In this document: in pieces, positions 21,744 to 35,262 of the stretch
How the letters are laid out: each line of letters begins with the position of its first letter
How positions within the stretch are numbered: the stretch's first letter is position 1
DNA from: Oculina patagonica
Lineage: Eukaryota
Length of the DNA: 64,000 bases
Direction of reading: 5' to 3'
Assembly (NCBI RefSeq): GCF_052425735.1
Contig: NC_135760.1
Span: 18,228,001-18,292,000 of the forward strand
Translations under genes and position numbers: made by a program
The notes under the pieces: generated by a model
Database searches by the model: none
The model's input: the letters and a program-made list of their open reading frames with translations, nothing else
Told to the model about the DNA's origin: nothing

Positions 21744-24700
21744 TCAATAATCCTGCAATTAACAAAAATATGTACAGAACAAGTTTTAGTCAGTGTGTTA
21801 ATTTACCTCAAACGAGCATTCGTTAAAAAGTTTGCACTTAAACGGTGTAGTTACACAAATGGCTGAAAAGGCATCTAAAAATTGCCGTTTTACAACCTTC
21901 ATGGTAAACATGACTTTAAGTCGTCAAAAATTGGCCCTTTCCGAATCTCTTTTTAGGGTACGTACGTTTCAGGGGTAACGAAAAAAAACACAACTAGAAA
22001 ATGAGTTTTCCAACCAATCATTCCTCTCTCGTATATCGTTTTAAGGCAGATCCAGTGAAGCCTACGAATGCATACAGATAACTGAAGAATAACCGTTTGC
22101 GTTCGCAGGCTATGCTGAGAAATAAACTCCTTACTGGCGGATTTTAGCTAGCTCTGACTTCATTTCAATGAACCTTTTAGGAAAGACAAATGTGTATTTT
22201 CTCAAAAAAAAAAAAAACGTTTTTGCCTCAGACTTTTCTTCCGGTAATTTTAAGGGTCCGTTTTCAATATGCATGTGTTGCGCGCCTAGACCCCTTCCTA
22301 TATTAACCTCAAGAGAGACCCTGGGAACGTGGTTGTTTCTATATTAGAAAATTAAAGGAGCTATATGTCACGGGGATTTCACAGATTTTTGGCCGGTCTA
22401 AATTGTTCTGAAATTAGTGGTAGGCAATGTAACCCATGATAAACCTTTAACTTTGAACATCTAAAGAAAGATATAACCTTAACTTGCGGATAGAAAATCA
22501 AACTACGGCTATAAATATCGATTTTTTTTAAGACGCGCCGAAACAACTGGAAAAGGTAAGCTTCATGTTTTCAAATTGCCATCCATTTCCATCCGAGCCA
22601 TCCGCAACCAAAGACACTTGTTAATAGTTTTAGTGCTCTAATATAGCAATTTTTAATAAAAATGATCCATTCTTTTAGGTTTCCCACGATACTAATATAA
22701 ATTTTGGCTGTTCAAAAATCTGTTAAAATTCCGCGACAAAGCCCCTTTAAGATCGTGACACAAACGCTGGCTTCAATATTCAAGTTACTCAAGTTACTGA
22801 ATTAATTTATCACGAGGCGCGAAGACACATATACATTAGGGTCAGGTTAAAACAAGAAGCAAAGGACGGCAAAGCATGTAGGGTGAAGGAAATCCTTTAG
22901 GAACTACAATGGCCAGCGAGTGAACTAGATGAAACTAGTACCTCAGTCAGACTGCAAAGCAAAAACAAACAAAAAGAAATGCCCTAACTTAAGGTGGCTC
23001 AACTGGATTTTCTAGGGGTAACAACGCTCAAGTTTGAGAATTCACTCCGTCACCATTAACAATGCTATCGAAAAACAATCACCACAGTTGTATTAGATAA
23101 AGATGAATTTTTTTTATCATCAGTGTTATATTGACATCGGAGTTGCCATAGCGACGAAATGACGTCATTGCGTTTTTTACTTTCGCTCGTATTCCTCGGC
23201 ACAGGGAGATTTTTTCGGAAATCGCTCTAAGGAGCTTGAACCACACATAGCTGCCTCAATGTTGGCAAAGTTTGAACAAATTCTATGAGAGCGTTTTCGA
23301 AATATTTGAGGATGAAGTTTTGGGGGCTATTAATACAGTCAAAAACATACTAACGAGAAAATGGGGTAATATCTAAAGAAAACCACGCACCTGTGGATTG
23401 CAGTTTCAACTTATAGTAGTTTGATTCCATTGAATATCGTGTATAAAACAGTGGTGGAGATTGCTTTGGTCGATTGCGAGAAAAAATAATTTGATGAGCG
23501 TGCGTTCCGATGCTCTTGTTGCAGTTTTTGTTTATAATATGGTCTATGCTTACAAACGTGATAATAAATTAAAAACTGCTCGATGAATTTTTTTAAAAAT
23601 TCGACAAACTCGAGATTTGTCATCAATTGATATAACTTGCAAGTTTCAAGCTCATTGAAAACATTTAAGGCAATAAAATTGGGCCTCCAATGTACTGATT
23701 TTTTCTCACAAATTTCGTGTTTACAAGCGAGTGTCCTCAATATTCACGGTATTGTTTTCAAGTTTCATATCCACGTGCACAACTTAAGCGGAAAAAATTT
23801 ATTTGCATTAAATAGGGCGCTCGACTGCTTTCCGAACAATTTTCCGAAACATGCATGCTTATATTGCTAAAAAAATTGCAACAACATTTGTCGGGCTATT
23901 TAGCTGTAATACAGTCGTGTAAAGGGCTTCTTTGTTCATTCTGAAGATGTTGTCATTAATTGCTATTCTCATCTCAAGGCAGATTAGCATGCTTCGGAAA
24001 AATTTTCGTAAAGCAATCGAGCGTCCTGTTTAATGCAAATGAATGTTTTGCTGCATTCGTGCACGCAGATATGAAAATTGAAAACAATAGCCGTGAATAA
24101 TGAGGACATTCGCTTGTAAACACGAAATCTGCGAGAAAAAATCAGTATATTGGAGGCCCAATTTTATTGCCTTAAATGTTTTCAATGAGCTTGAAACTTG
24201 CAAGCTATAACAATTGATGACAAACCTCGGGTTTGTAAAATTTTAAAAAAAATTCATCGAGCGGTTTTTAATTTATTATCACTTTTGTAGGCATAGACCA
24301 AATTATAAACAAAAATGGCAACAAGAGCACCAGAACGCACGCTCATCAAATTCGTTTTTCTCGCAATCGACCAAAGCAATCTCCACCACTGTTTACACAC
24401 GATTTTAAATGGAATAAAATTACTATACGATGAAACTGCAATCCACAGGCGCGTTGTTTACTTTAGATATTTTCCCATTTTCTCGTTAGTATGTTTTTGA
24501 CTGTATTTATAGCCCCCAAAACTTCATCCTCAAATATTTCGAAAACGCTCTCACAGAATTTGTTCAAACGTTGCCAACATCGAGGCAGCTATGTGTGGTT
24601 TAAGCTCCTTTGAGCGATTTCCGAAAAAATCTCCCTGTGCCGAGGAATACGAGCGAAAGTAAAAAACGCAATGACGTCATTTCGTCGCTATGGCAACTCC

Positions 24701-27700
24701 GATGTCAATATAACACTGATCATAAAAAAATTTCATCTTTATATAATTCAACTGTGGTGATTGTTTTTCGATAGCATTCTTAGTGGGGACGGAGTTAATT
24801 CTCAAACTTGAGCGGTGTTACCCCTAGAAAATCCAGTTGAGCCACCTTAAAACACTTTAATTTAGGCAATGCAATGAAATATGTAATATTTGAACGTTTT
24901 TTTCCTCACTTGTAATGCTCGTCCTAAGGTCTCGATTGGTAGAAGAAGCACAGTGACTATGCCCAGAACAGAAAATCCGCTGTACAAACTAAGTGATAGC
25001 AGGATGGAATGAGGCATCAGAACCTGGAAAAAGAATAAGGAGCAAATAAGCACAGCTACTAAACTATCCAAAATTTCTAAATTTCACTGTAGATTTTGCC
25101 CCGAAAACAATCATCTACATTTTTCAACCTTTAGAATTTCCCTTTTTATATTCTTTTCTTTTGCCTCATGAACAACATGTAAACTTATACAACCGTCCAG
25201 AATACTAACGGACAAACTCAGACATTCCTTCCAGCGTATAAGGTTGGTAAAGCAATAGTCGTCTGCGTTCCAGCCTAGTGGCCCAACAGGCCAGAGCTTA
25301 TCCCGATTTCAGAAGCACGAAGCGATTAGGAGTATTTCTCTCCCCCCCCCCCCCACCCCCGCTGGATGGGATGCTAGTCCATCGCACGGTTACCCCGAGC
25401 ATTAAATTCGTCGGTACCCGTTTATACACCTGGGTGGAGAAGGAGTGTCTTGCCCAAGAAAACAACGCAGTGATCCCGGCCAGGGCTTAGCTGATAAAAG
25501 GCAGTATTTATGGAACTGAGAGGTGGCAAGCACTCAAGCAAGCCCTCCCCCTAATTTAGACTCTGCAAAGAAGGAACGCTATCCAACATTGAGTTTTTTC
25601 ACTACAACTTATTGACCACTTGAGACTACTAACATGTATGAGAAAATCCCGTGTATAAACCCTTTTTCTCAAGCAGACACAGATCATCGAGACTGTATTG
25701 CTGATTGAATTACGTTTTGTCTACTCACCATGGCAACGAAAGGAGTTATCATACATCCGATCCTCGCTGCGCCGGAGCATGCTCCTAAGCCGATACCGCG
25801 CATGCTCGTGGGATACACCTCCGGGGTGTACACGTAGCCGCACATATCAGCAATACTTATGAACAGACGAGAGCCGTACAAAAACAGCGTGGTCGATATA
25901 CGACTAGTGAAGGAAACGTAGAAGAAACAAAGTTTGTTAGCGAAAGGTTGCATTGTATTAAAATAGTTTTTTATTCTGGCTAAAGTGAATCAAGTATATG
26001 GCGTATAAAGTATAGTTGGGAATTTGAACGTTCGTGTATGGTGCATTAAGTTTTTCGTTAAAAGAAGAAAATCGATGGAAATTTGAAAAATGAAGTTTAG
26101 CCTTATTACTTAGTCAAAATCTATGTTCTGGTATATGTAAGCAAGTTCAACGCGTTTTCAGAATCAATTTCAGAGTACGCACAGAAAGCTAAAATCTAAA
26201 GTAAGGCAGTCATCGGACAAGCATTCTGTACTAAAGTAACATTTTCGAGGATAGCAGCTTATCAATACAGTCAAAGCTCTCTTAACGGACACTCTCGTAA
26301 GCGGACAGCTCTACTTACGGCCGCCTTGTTTGAAACCCTGTTTTACGCTCCCATACAAACTCTGTATTTTTACATTCTCGTAAGCGGACATTCCCGTAAG
26401 CGGCCGCGGACACTTTCGGAGATTACGACTTAGACTTTTTCTTTGTTTTTAAGCTCCCGTAAGCGGACACCCCAAAGGAAATCCTTTTAACACCCTTTGT
26501 ACCTTGTTTTTATCAATCAACTTCACATCGCCGTTGGTCACAATGATTTTACAGTAATTACAGTACCATGCATATTTCAGTTTTTGTTTTGTCGTCATCC
26601 ACGTCCGTCCGGTTATTGTTAGCTGGACAAGCTCCCGTAAGCGGCCATCTATCTCCTACACCTCTAGTGGCCGCTTACGAGAACCATTCTCGTAAGCGGC
26701 CAGCTCCAGTTACGGACACTTTTTTTGCGTCTCGAGGGTGTCCGCTTACGATAGCTTCGACTGTATTCAGTTCAGTATTTGCAACTTCTCCGAATAAGAC
26801 ACTAGTCCAGTAATAATTTGAGATTTAGGATGAAAGGGTTGAACGAGAGTGGCTGGCAGTGCTCACCTTTTTGTGCAAATAAACAACGCTGCTAGAAAAA
26901 TAGCACTCCCCAAGAAAGCCACAAATTGAACCATTTTTCTACCTATTCTGTCCACCATCAAAAATATAAATACTAATCCTGCAAGATAAAAATGAGAAAT
27001 AAACATCGATTAGATTAAATTCTAAGAAATATATGATCTTCATTAATTGTCAGATTAATTGATTAATTATCATCTTACATGAGTTGAAATTAAAACACTT
27101 ACCTAAAAGATCTCCAGACATAACAATAAAGTAATTAGCGTAGTCTTCATAATCTAGCTGTTTACAAGAGCCGGCCTCAGGCGAGATATCATCCTTGGTA
27201 TTAGCCCGCTCAGCATTGATACCTGCAAATATGCAACAACACTGAAGTCAGCTTTCGACGGAATTTTCCCGCCAGTGGCATTGGAAAATTGATTTTATAT
27301 GACTTCCGCGCTTGCTGCACACGTCAGCGAGTTGTGACCAATCAGAGTGAAGGCATTGCGGACCATTGCGTCATGCCGAGTTTGGGCTAGCGTGCTTTTC
27401 CCGCGTTTTCCACTGGTTATCGACGCTCCTATTCGACCGAGTTTTGATTGGTTAACTGACTCCACGCGTGGTAGAAACTGGCACTGTGAGTCGTTTTTTT
27501 TTTTTGTTACGCCTTATAGTAAACACGAGGAATCCTCTCTACAAGCACAATGCTCTCAAAACTACCTGTTCTGATTACAACAAAATAAAAACTGACAGTG
27601 CAAGACACTAGCATCGTTATGATATAAAGGCATGCGTTCAATACTCAGCCGAGACACAACTCGGTGATGCGGTTGATGTCATCTCTTGAAGGAATAATAA

Positions 27701-30700
27701 TTATCTAGAATGGCTCAGTTCAGAAGCGAGGTGAAATCTCAGTAGTGCTGAGGTCTTAGGCTAGGATCTGTCATGCTCAAAGCTATTAATAAATGAAGCT
27801 AGTTGCTTCCCCGAGTAAAGGACTATTTGATTTATGGAGAACTGTTGTGTGATGTTAACTCACACAGAACTTTAGCTCAGTTACCTCTACAAGGGTCCAC
27901 TCTAGAGAACATTTCTGTAGTTATAAGCGCTATTCCGTAGATTACAAAATGGCTACTGAACCTGTAAACAACAGATAAATAACCAAAAATTACTACATGA
28001 AGACTTCCCTGCATAAGTTAATTAAATTAATTGGTAAATTAATTTGTAAATTTGTTTAATTTGTAAATTTGTTTAATTAATTTGGTAAATTAATTTGTAA
28101 ATTAAATCGGTGAACTTTAACTCTGATGTTGATAGGCGGATGAGGTGCATGGGGTCCTATGAAAACATCGAATGAAAGTGAACCCGTCATTTGAGAACAA
28201 CCATTAAGTTTTGTGAGTGTGTTTTCGAGGAGAAGATACCAAAAGGCACCAAAACAAAGACATTAGCTGAGATATATATATATGATGCTGATAACAGATA
28301 GCTTACCAAATGATCCATAATAAAATTGTAGATCTTCGGAATTCAAGAGAAAAAAGATCTGTTATCCTTCCTCGTGGAACCTGCAAGGAAAAGTATCATA
28401 TTTTGAAATCACTTTCGAACTCAATTTTTTTTAGCTCTAAAACTAACCAATTAAAGATCGACATGGTCATTTCAATTTTTTTAGCTCTAAAACTAACCAA
28501 TCAAAGATCGACATGGTCATTTCAATTTTTTTAGCTCTAAAACTAACCAATCAAAGATCGACATGGTCATTTCAATTTTTTTAGCTCTAAAACTAACCAA
28601 TCAAAGATCGACATGGTCATTTCATTAACAGCAGAGGCGGCGGAGCGTTTTGAAAAGTCAAGTGGGGGGCTAAACTTTTCCGTTCTAGCAACTTTTTGTT
28701 TTCTGAGCAGTTCCAAGACCGAAGACTGCCGAAGATTCTTCGACTGTTGTTTGAAAGCCATACGAAAATTTCCTATAATCTTTTCAACTTTTCCGAAGAT
28801 AAACGAAGTTTCCCGAAGACCTTCAAAGAAGTTAACGTTTCGAAGATGTTTAAACTTACTCATGAGACCGGATATCTTGATAAACCAATTTTACGCAGCG
28901 CTCTTGGTATTTTCGGAACCAAAACGTGAGGGGGGGGGGGGTGCTGAGCCCCCAAATTTTCTTTTGGGGTGGGGGGGGGGGGCAGGGGGGCTAAAAGGGT
29001 AATGTACCTCGTGTTTTTCAGTAGCTACTAGTTCTCCTGGCGGAAGTTCTTTATTATTTTCTTTAGCGATCCTCTGCAGAATACACAAAGCTTTCTCTGG
29101 CTTGCCAGCTGCCATGTAAAAACGAGGTGACTCTGGTACGAGCTAAAACAAATAACAGTACAGCGCAATGTGAGTAATAAAATCCAAAATCATTTAAACG
29201 CAGATTTAAATAGCCCAATAAGCGACTTCTTTTTGCTCCGTGTACCATCGATTATATTTCTTTCATTCTGTTTGTTTGTTTGTTTTACTGCGTTATATAT
29301 TTGAGGCCATAGCTTATAGTGATTGAATAGATCAATGTATTAGAAAATAAGTGTGATAAGTCACATCTTCAGTGAAATACAAATGTTCGTGGCTAGGCTT
29401 TTAGCCAGGATTTAAAAAGTGGGAGTCCAAAATTTTTATAAGGCCAGACTTTGTCACCATAGGAGGGCCTGAGGAGGCTGCAAGTTGTTTTTCTGCAGTT
29501 ATGAATGCAAAGGTATCTAAAGATTTCCAAATTTTCTAAAAAAAACTCTGTTTACAGTTACTCATATTAATTTTCTCTGAAAAGTGGCCGTCCATAGGAC
29601 TCCTGGACTCCCACTTGGCTAAAAGCCTGGTCTGACGCAGCGTTTCGTCCCTGCCAAGGGACTCTTCAGAGACCTTTCTGCTTTCAGTTGGCAAACTCGT
29701 TGAGCATTGCGCTCAAAGTCCCGTTCGCGAGCATTTAACTTGTGACGGCAGCAATCTCGTTGAGCATCGCGCTCAGGGTCCCGACTGCACAAAATCACGA
29801 GTGAAAATTGACAACAGAAGAGTCAAAAGTCACATCTTAGCTTTGATACTGCTCGGAAAGAAAGAGAAAATTTAACCAATTTTCTCAGGTAGGCGGGATG
29901 TTCTCGAGTATAAATGTAGTGGAGCGGGTATTAAATTTAGGATTTCGGTATCTTTTAGGCTCATAAAATTTCTGCCAGTAATTTTGTTTTGGGGTGAATT
30001 GTTTCTCTTTTGATGTGAAATCAAGACTTCACAGGCACCGTCGCGTCATTGTACACACATTGGCTACGATTGGCCAAATTAAAGGTGTTCTTTTCGGCAG
30101 AGTCGTCTTTTTTTGTGCAGGCGAAATTTCAGTCTTTATAGAGAGAAAATCTACATGCTCGAATTAGTCTATGGCCCTCTCCACATTAATCCCTATAAAT
30201 TTGAAAACGAAGAAATTTGAAAACGCCGTATGAAAATGTTTTCCGTTCACATTTATCCAGATAAATTTGAATACGATACGCTTCATTGCACGCATCGTTG
30301 CAACGCATGCGCAGAGCTATTGTTAAGCTTATTAAACCTTTTGTTTTGACAGAGATCACTTGGCTATTTGACGTCAGTGTTTTCAAAAAGCTCCGTTTTC
30401 GCCGTACACTCCAGTGCATTTTCAAATTTCTCCACTTTGGAGAGCGTTTTTGTAAAGCTCCGTTTTCAGTGACCGAAAACGCCGTTTCAGTGTGGACGGT
30501 CGACCTATCCGGAGAAAGAAAAGGTGCCTTTTCAAATTTACCTGGGTTAGTGTGGACAAGGTTTTTAGATAACATGTCTCTTTAAAACGTGTGTTTGTCT
30601 TACCTTACTACAACAAATAAAAAGAAGCAAAGGAAGCGCTGATATGAAGAACAGCCATCTCCAGCCCAGCGTGGGCATCACCACAAGTGCGACGAGAATC

Positions 30701-33700
30701 TCCAAGCAAGACCCTAGAGACCATGATAACTGGAAAGAGAAGAAGAACATGAGTAATCAACAAAATTGTGTGGACTGGTTGCCGAAGTACACAAAGTGCT
30801 ATTTTAACAAATCCTCGCTGAAGTTCCTGCGCTTTTTATTATCCATCTTCAATCAGTAGAGTACAAATAATGCGCGAAACGAGTACAAATATGCCGCGGT
30901 ATTTTTGTACTGTTTTTGTTAGCTATTTTGTAACTTGCTACCGCGAAAAGCGACGGACATTCGCGCAGTCAGTGATCAGTATGATAATAAATTATTCTTT
31001 TGTTAGACTATAAATAAGTATAGCGTAGTAACGCTGCGTTGGCTGTGTTTTGGTTGTTGCGATTGTTGTGGTTAGTGTGAGTGACCCATCCAAGAGAAAC
31101 ATAAATTGGCTTTAAAAAACGGGGAATTCGAGAAGTCAAAGGGTAAAATTAAGGTGTGCGACCGACGGAGAGTAACTACGTTTGGTTCGAGATCAGCTTA
31201 CCGAAAGAGCATTAAGCGAGACTCCTCTTCGTTTACTTGGAAGGAATTCAGCCCAAAGATTCATGCTACGATAACAAAAACAAACCAACAAACAACAAAG
31301 CAAACAATTGCAAACAATGCAAAAAGCAAACAAGTTATAACTGAGTTCTTTCAGAGAAGATTTACACAAGAAGGTTTATGTAAAATTCCCCATGTACCAT
31401 TTGATAACTATTTGAATTTCTGTTAATTATCAGCAACGTTGTTTAATCCTCAACCAGAAAAGCCACCAGGTCTCTCAGGGACTCTCGACGAAGGTTTTTC
31501 GTAAGATAGGTGTTCCTCAGGGAGTTCTGTACCGCCTGGAAAATGAGATTTTAGACACTTCTCCAGAGCGTGCGAAACAGATATAAATTTTCCAGCAACT
31601 ATACTTAAACTGTCTTTAAATGCCTTTTTGGGTGATTACTTTGTGTCCATTATTGTTCCTGATGCCTGATGATTTCTGAAAAATTGATTCGTTTGGGTGA
31701 CCCTGCCGTTTCTCAGTCGCTTTTACGCAAGGTGGAAGAAAGTCGGCACTTTTTTTTGACGGCATAATGGTGCCGGGAAACGGTGCAAGTCTGTGTCAAT
31801 CAAGCCGTTGCTAAGGAAGCCCAACCATTCGATAGCTACTGCGCACCATTGGTTGCCCGGCACCGCTATGCCGCATTTTTGAATCGCGGAACAAAGGTCA
31901 CCACAAAGGAAGTTTCTTCTCCCCCCGCTTTTACGTTAATATTGGTTTTTGGTCATTTGTTTTCCTATCATGTCGTCTGCTCTGCTCATGGTTTTAAACG
32001 CTTTCTTAAATACCTAAATCTTACAAGTAAAATAGTTTCGACCCGTCATAAAGTGGTTAGCGCATGCGTCTTACCATTGAGCCACGCCTCCCATTCCCAG
32101 TCCAACCACGGTACTGAACGCCATGATCCAGAAGTAGTTTGGTGCAAACGTACTCAGCAAGCCGCCAACAAAAATAACTACAGTGCAAGCCAAGACTTCC
32201 TGTATGGAACATAAAACACAAGCAGGGTGTAAAGAAAACGTCTTTTCCATCCCTAGGGAAGGAAGAAGTCTGATCACCCAGCGCTGGCAGGAAATAGCAT
32301 CCTAATGAAGAGCACCTTGTAGGAGAAAAGTGTCTTGGCCAACAACACAACACAATGAACCCGGCCACGGTTCGAACCCGGACCCGCTCGTTCCGGAGTC
32401 CAGCGCGCTAACCATTGAGCCGCTGCGCATCACAAAAGCATTGAGCCTGGACGATAAAATGAAAAAGGGAAAAGGCTAGTTACCTTTTTTCTTCCAAAGT
32501 TATCTGAAACGTATCCCCAGATACACGTGCTTACTGTCATTCCAGAAAACACCGCCTGCAGAGAAAAATAGATTCACAAAGCATAGACTATCATCATGCT
32601 CAGTAATTAGGAGCAGATCACTACAAAAAAGCTTCGTACGTTAAGGGGGGGGGGGGGGGAGGTGCCTTCGTCTTACTAGGCCGAATTAGAACTGTAATGC
32701 GTTAGGCATACAAAAACTTTACCAGTTCTAATTCCGTAACATGATCGGTAAAGACAGGTTGTTCACAGGTTCATTAACACTGAGATTAGTGAAGGACTAA
32801 ACCTGAATTTAAAGTTGAAATTAGTCCCAGGGTAACTTTTGCGTAAGACTTACTGTGGTGATCGTTGCTTCTTGCCATGTGGCTAAATTCCATTCACATC
32901 GGATTGCAGGACACACAATTGCCAGAATTGTTACTTCCATCGAGTCCGCCATCTAAAACGCAAAAATATATCGGCTTTTAAATATACAAAAGCAGTTGTC
33001 ATTCCTACTTTTAACTGAGATTCTAGGAATTCTCTTTTTAAGGGGGCTTTTTGTTGTACCCAAGATTGTCTTTTCCTTTTTTGCGAGGGTAAAAACCGAC
33101 CACGTTCTTTTAAATTAACAGCGTCCCGCAATTCTCTGTAGACATCCCTGCGTGGATATCTTGGTCGCGTACAGGCTAGTACCAAAACCAAAAACGTTGG
33201 GACACACGGAAAACCATGCCTCAGCCCGGAAGGTCGCCGGACCAAGCTAAAAAATCAAACAAACAAACAAACAAACCCGCTAACCACTAAACACTATCCA
33301 CAAACTGCCAACCCCTAACCTAATTCTAAAGTAACCCTGTTTTGGGGTGTTCATCCGGCATTCTGAGTTTTAGTATAAGCCCAAGTAAACATGGCTTACA
33401 CGTGGTTGAGCCGAATGGATTACGTATCCTCTTAACGCCGTGAAGACCACCAACTTTCAAAAGTAGTTTTTGATCAACTCAAAAGTTGAAAGATAAACAT
33501 GGGCCATTTGAATACCAACTGTAAGTAGATTTGCCAAAATACTAGTTAAAAAGTTAGTAAAGTAAATAAAACAACTAATTAAAAAACAAGTTGAGCGTTA
33601 ACAAAACATTGGCGGTTCTAGCTATGTATTCCTAGAAAAACTCGGAGAAGACATTTTCAGAGACTTACCCAAGCCAAGCCGATTACAAACATCAGCTTTA

Positions 33701-34222
33701 CTTGAAAAGGTCCATAACCGATTTTGTCGATCGCCTCTTCCACAGTGTAGGTAGCTTTACTTCCTAAACCTCAGGATAATTTGAAAAATAGAGGATAATC
33801 ATGATTGAAATTACCAAACGAAAAAAGAGTATGAAACACTTATTCGAATCCCCTTTTTCCAGATCGAGATGATCTGGGTTCTAGCGCTGGTTGGGAATTT
33901 AGTTTGCGCAGAACTTAGTATCCACCTAGGAGTTGAATAAACATTGTTCATCAAAATTCCTCTTTAATTCCCTTCAGATAACTAACTTTTGGTTATTGTA
34001 TCTGAATTCACGTGCCCCTTAAAAAATCTCGTGGAGACTCGCGAGGAACGCGTTCCACCTAAGTGGGCTCCACGAATAACGAGTAGCATTGTTTACGTAA
34101 TTTAACGGTCATACAGTGCCATTCATTCACTCACCCTGTTCCGATTTCTGTGACAAAGCGACGCCTGGATCGTCTTCTCCAGCTGTAGAACCCAACTGCA
34201 ATTTCTCATCTTGATTTTCCAT
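21744..34222 (-). CDS. SVOP: Synaptic vesicle 2-related (SVOP-like) MFS transporter, ~15 exons
   Basis: Exons ~34135-34222 (MENQDEK...), ~33669-33770 (YTVEEAIDKIGYGPFQ), ~32854-32951 (MADSMEVTILAIVCPAIRCEW), ~32484-32555 (WGYVSDNFGRKK), ~32075-32199, 31202-31266 (WAEFLPSKRRG), ~30604-30729 (MPTLGWRWL), ~29008-29142 (PESPRFY), ~28307-28380, ~27885-27961, ~27102-27222, ~26867-26979 (DRIGRK), ~25729-25903 (YVYTPEVYPTSMRGIGLGACSGAARIG) and 24910-25023 (LLPIETLGRALQ). The terminal exon 21744-21752 (DY*) is inferred; read-through would stop at 24862. The gene may be a lineage-specific paralog. Confidence 0.85.
22356..22746. mobile_element. TTAA-flanked MITE, Kolobok-like; a truncated relative lies at ~47276-47510
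   Basis: TTAA|AGGAGCTATATGTCACGGGGATTT...AATTCCGCGACAAAGCCCCT|TTAA. Purine-purine termini with TTAA TSD. Confidence 0.7.
22993..24846. mobile_element. 1.85-kb foldback non-autonomous transposon with ~870-bp inverted arms, Kolobok-like
   Basis: TTAA|GGTGGCTCAACTGGATTTTCTAGGGGTAAC...GTTACCCCTAGAAAATCCAGTTGAGCCACC|TTAA. Arms ~22993-23865 and ~23985-24846 are reverse complements with scattered substitutions, around a ~120-bp spacer. Confidence 0.92.
25240..25490 (-). mobile_element. tRNA-derived SINE (7043 family), 5'-truncated
   Basis: Reverse-complement match, including ggtacccgtttatacacctgggtggaga and gtgtcttgcccaagaa. Confidence 0.75.
26268..26763. mobile_element. Tc1/mariner (pogo/Tigger-type) MITE
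   Basis: TA|CAGTCAAAGCTCTCTTAACGGACAC...GTGTCCGCTTACGATAGCTTCGACTG|TA, with a repeated internal CGTAAGCGG(A/C)C motif. Confidence 0.8.
28421..28624 (+). repeat. Minisatellite, four copies of a 50-bp unit
   Basis: Unit TTCAATTTTTTTAGCTCTAAAACTAACCAATCAAAGATCGACATGGTCAT; copies 2-4 appear identical. Confidence 0.95.
30173..30561. mobile_element. Degenerate PIF/Harbinger-type MITE
   Basis: GGCCCTCTCCACATTAATCC...GGGTTAGTGTGGACAAGG imperfect TIRs, with internal GAAAACG/CGTTTTC repeats. Confidence 0.55.
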
Positions 34223-34971
34223 AACAAAAAAGATTAATCCCTTCAAAGCGATTCAACGCTTTGCAGTTATCTCAACGCCGCCAGAACAAACATCATGAGA
34301 GCACGAAACGATTAGCCATCGTTTTTAACCGAATCGATATTTTCAAAACATGTATACAGTTAGATTTTCTGGTTTGTAGTTTTCTTGTGACATAAGCCAG
34401 TCACATCGCCAAGTTTTTCGGTTGAAAGGATGATCTCTTCCGGTAAAATGGAGTTGACTTTCGCGAAGCAGGTACCAGCCTGTTTGGAATCGCCCAAGCA
34501 AAGTTATGCATAATTGACGCCGATTTCTTTCTTTTTCGCAACAAGCGAAAAATTATTTTCCCTGGAAGATCAAAACATTCGCCAGCCGTTTCTTCGTCAG
34601 TATATGGAGCCTAGCGATTGCCTTAGACAATTAACTATCGCAGTGCCACTCTCTACCCATGCCCAGATGCCTAAACGTTCCTGGGGTACCTGTGGCATAT
34701 TTGTCAGGATAACCTTTAGAGCGCTCAAATGCCAAAATTCAAAGCCATTTCCAGTTTTCGTGGCCTCGAAGTTTGTAAGAGTTTGAAGAAAAACTCTGCG
34801 CGAATTTTATAAGAAAACGTTATAAAAACGTTACCAAATAACGAAGCGATAAACTAGGTAGCCTGTTCCAGGCGTTCGGTTAGTCACTGGTTAGTGGGGA
34901 GCAGCGCGAAAAACGGCGATCGACCGGAAACCGCGCAGGGAAAGCCTCTGGCATCCAGGATAGAGGAAAAG

Positions 34972-35262
34972 GGAAGCCACGAGTCATGCGGCCCACACTG
35001 CCGGAGCTTATCCCGGTTTCCGTAGCATTAAGCGGCTAGGAATATTTCTACTCCCCCCCTGAATGGGATGCTAGTCCATCGCTGGGTTCCCCCCAGCATT
35101 ATGTCGCCGGTACCCATTTATACACCTGGGTGGAGAGAGGCACTATGATAGTTAAGTCTCTTGCCCAAGAACACAACACAAGTGACCCCGGCCAGGGCTC
35201 GAACTCGGACCGCTCCATCCGGAGTCCGGCGCACTAACTCATTAGGCCACCGCGCCTCCCAC
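34972..35262 (-). mobile_element. tRNA-derived SINE (7043 family), near full length
   Basis: Reverse complement of the 7043 element; head GGGAGGCGCGGTGGCCTAATGAGTTAGTGCGCCGGACTCCGG. Confidence 0.85.

Noticed and set aside
22993-24846. piggyBac element, or ORFs (23411-23870, 24315-24500) within the palindrome
   Set aside because: The termini are GG..CC rather than CCY..RGG, and the ORFs are short and not preserved between the two arms.
28421-28624. CRISPR-like array
   Set aside because: The units are contiguous with no unique spacers, there are no cas genes, and it lies in a eukaryotic intron.
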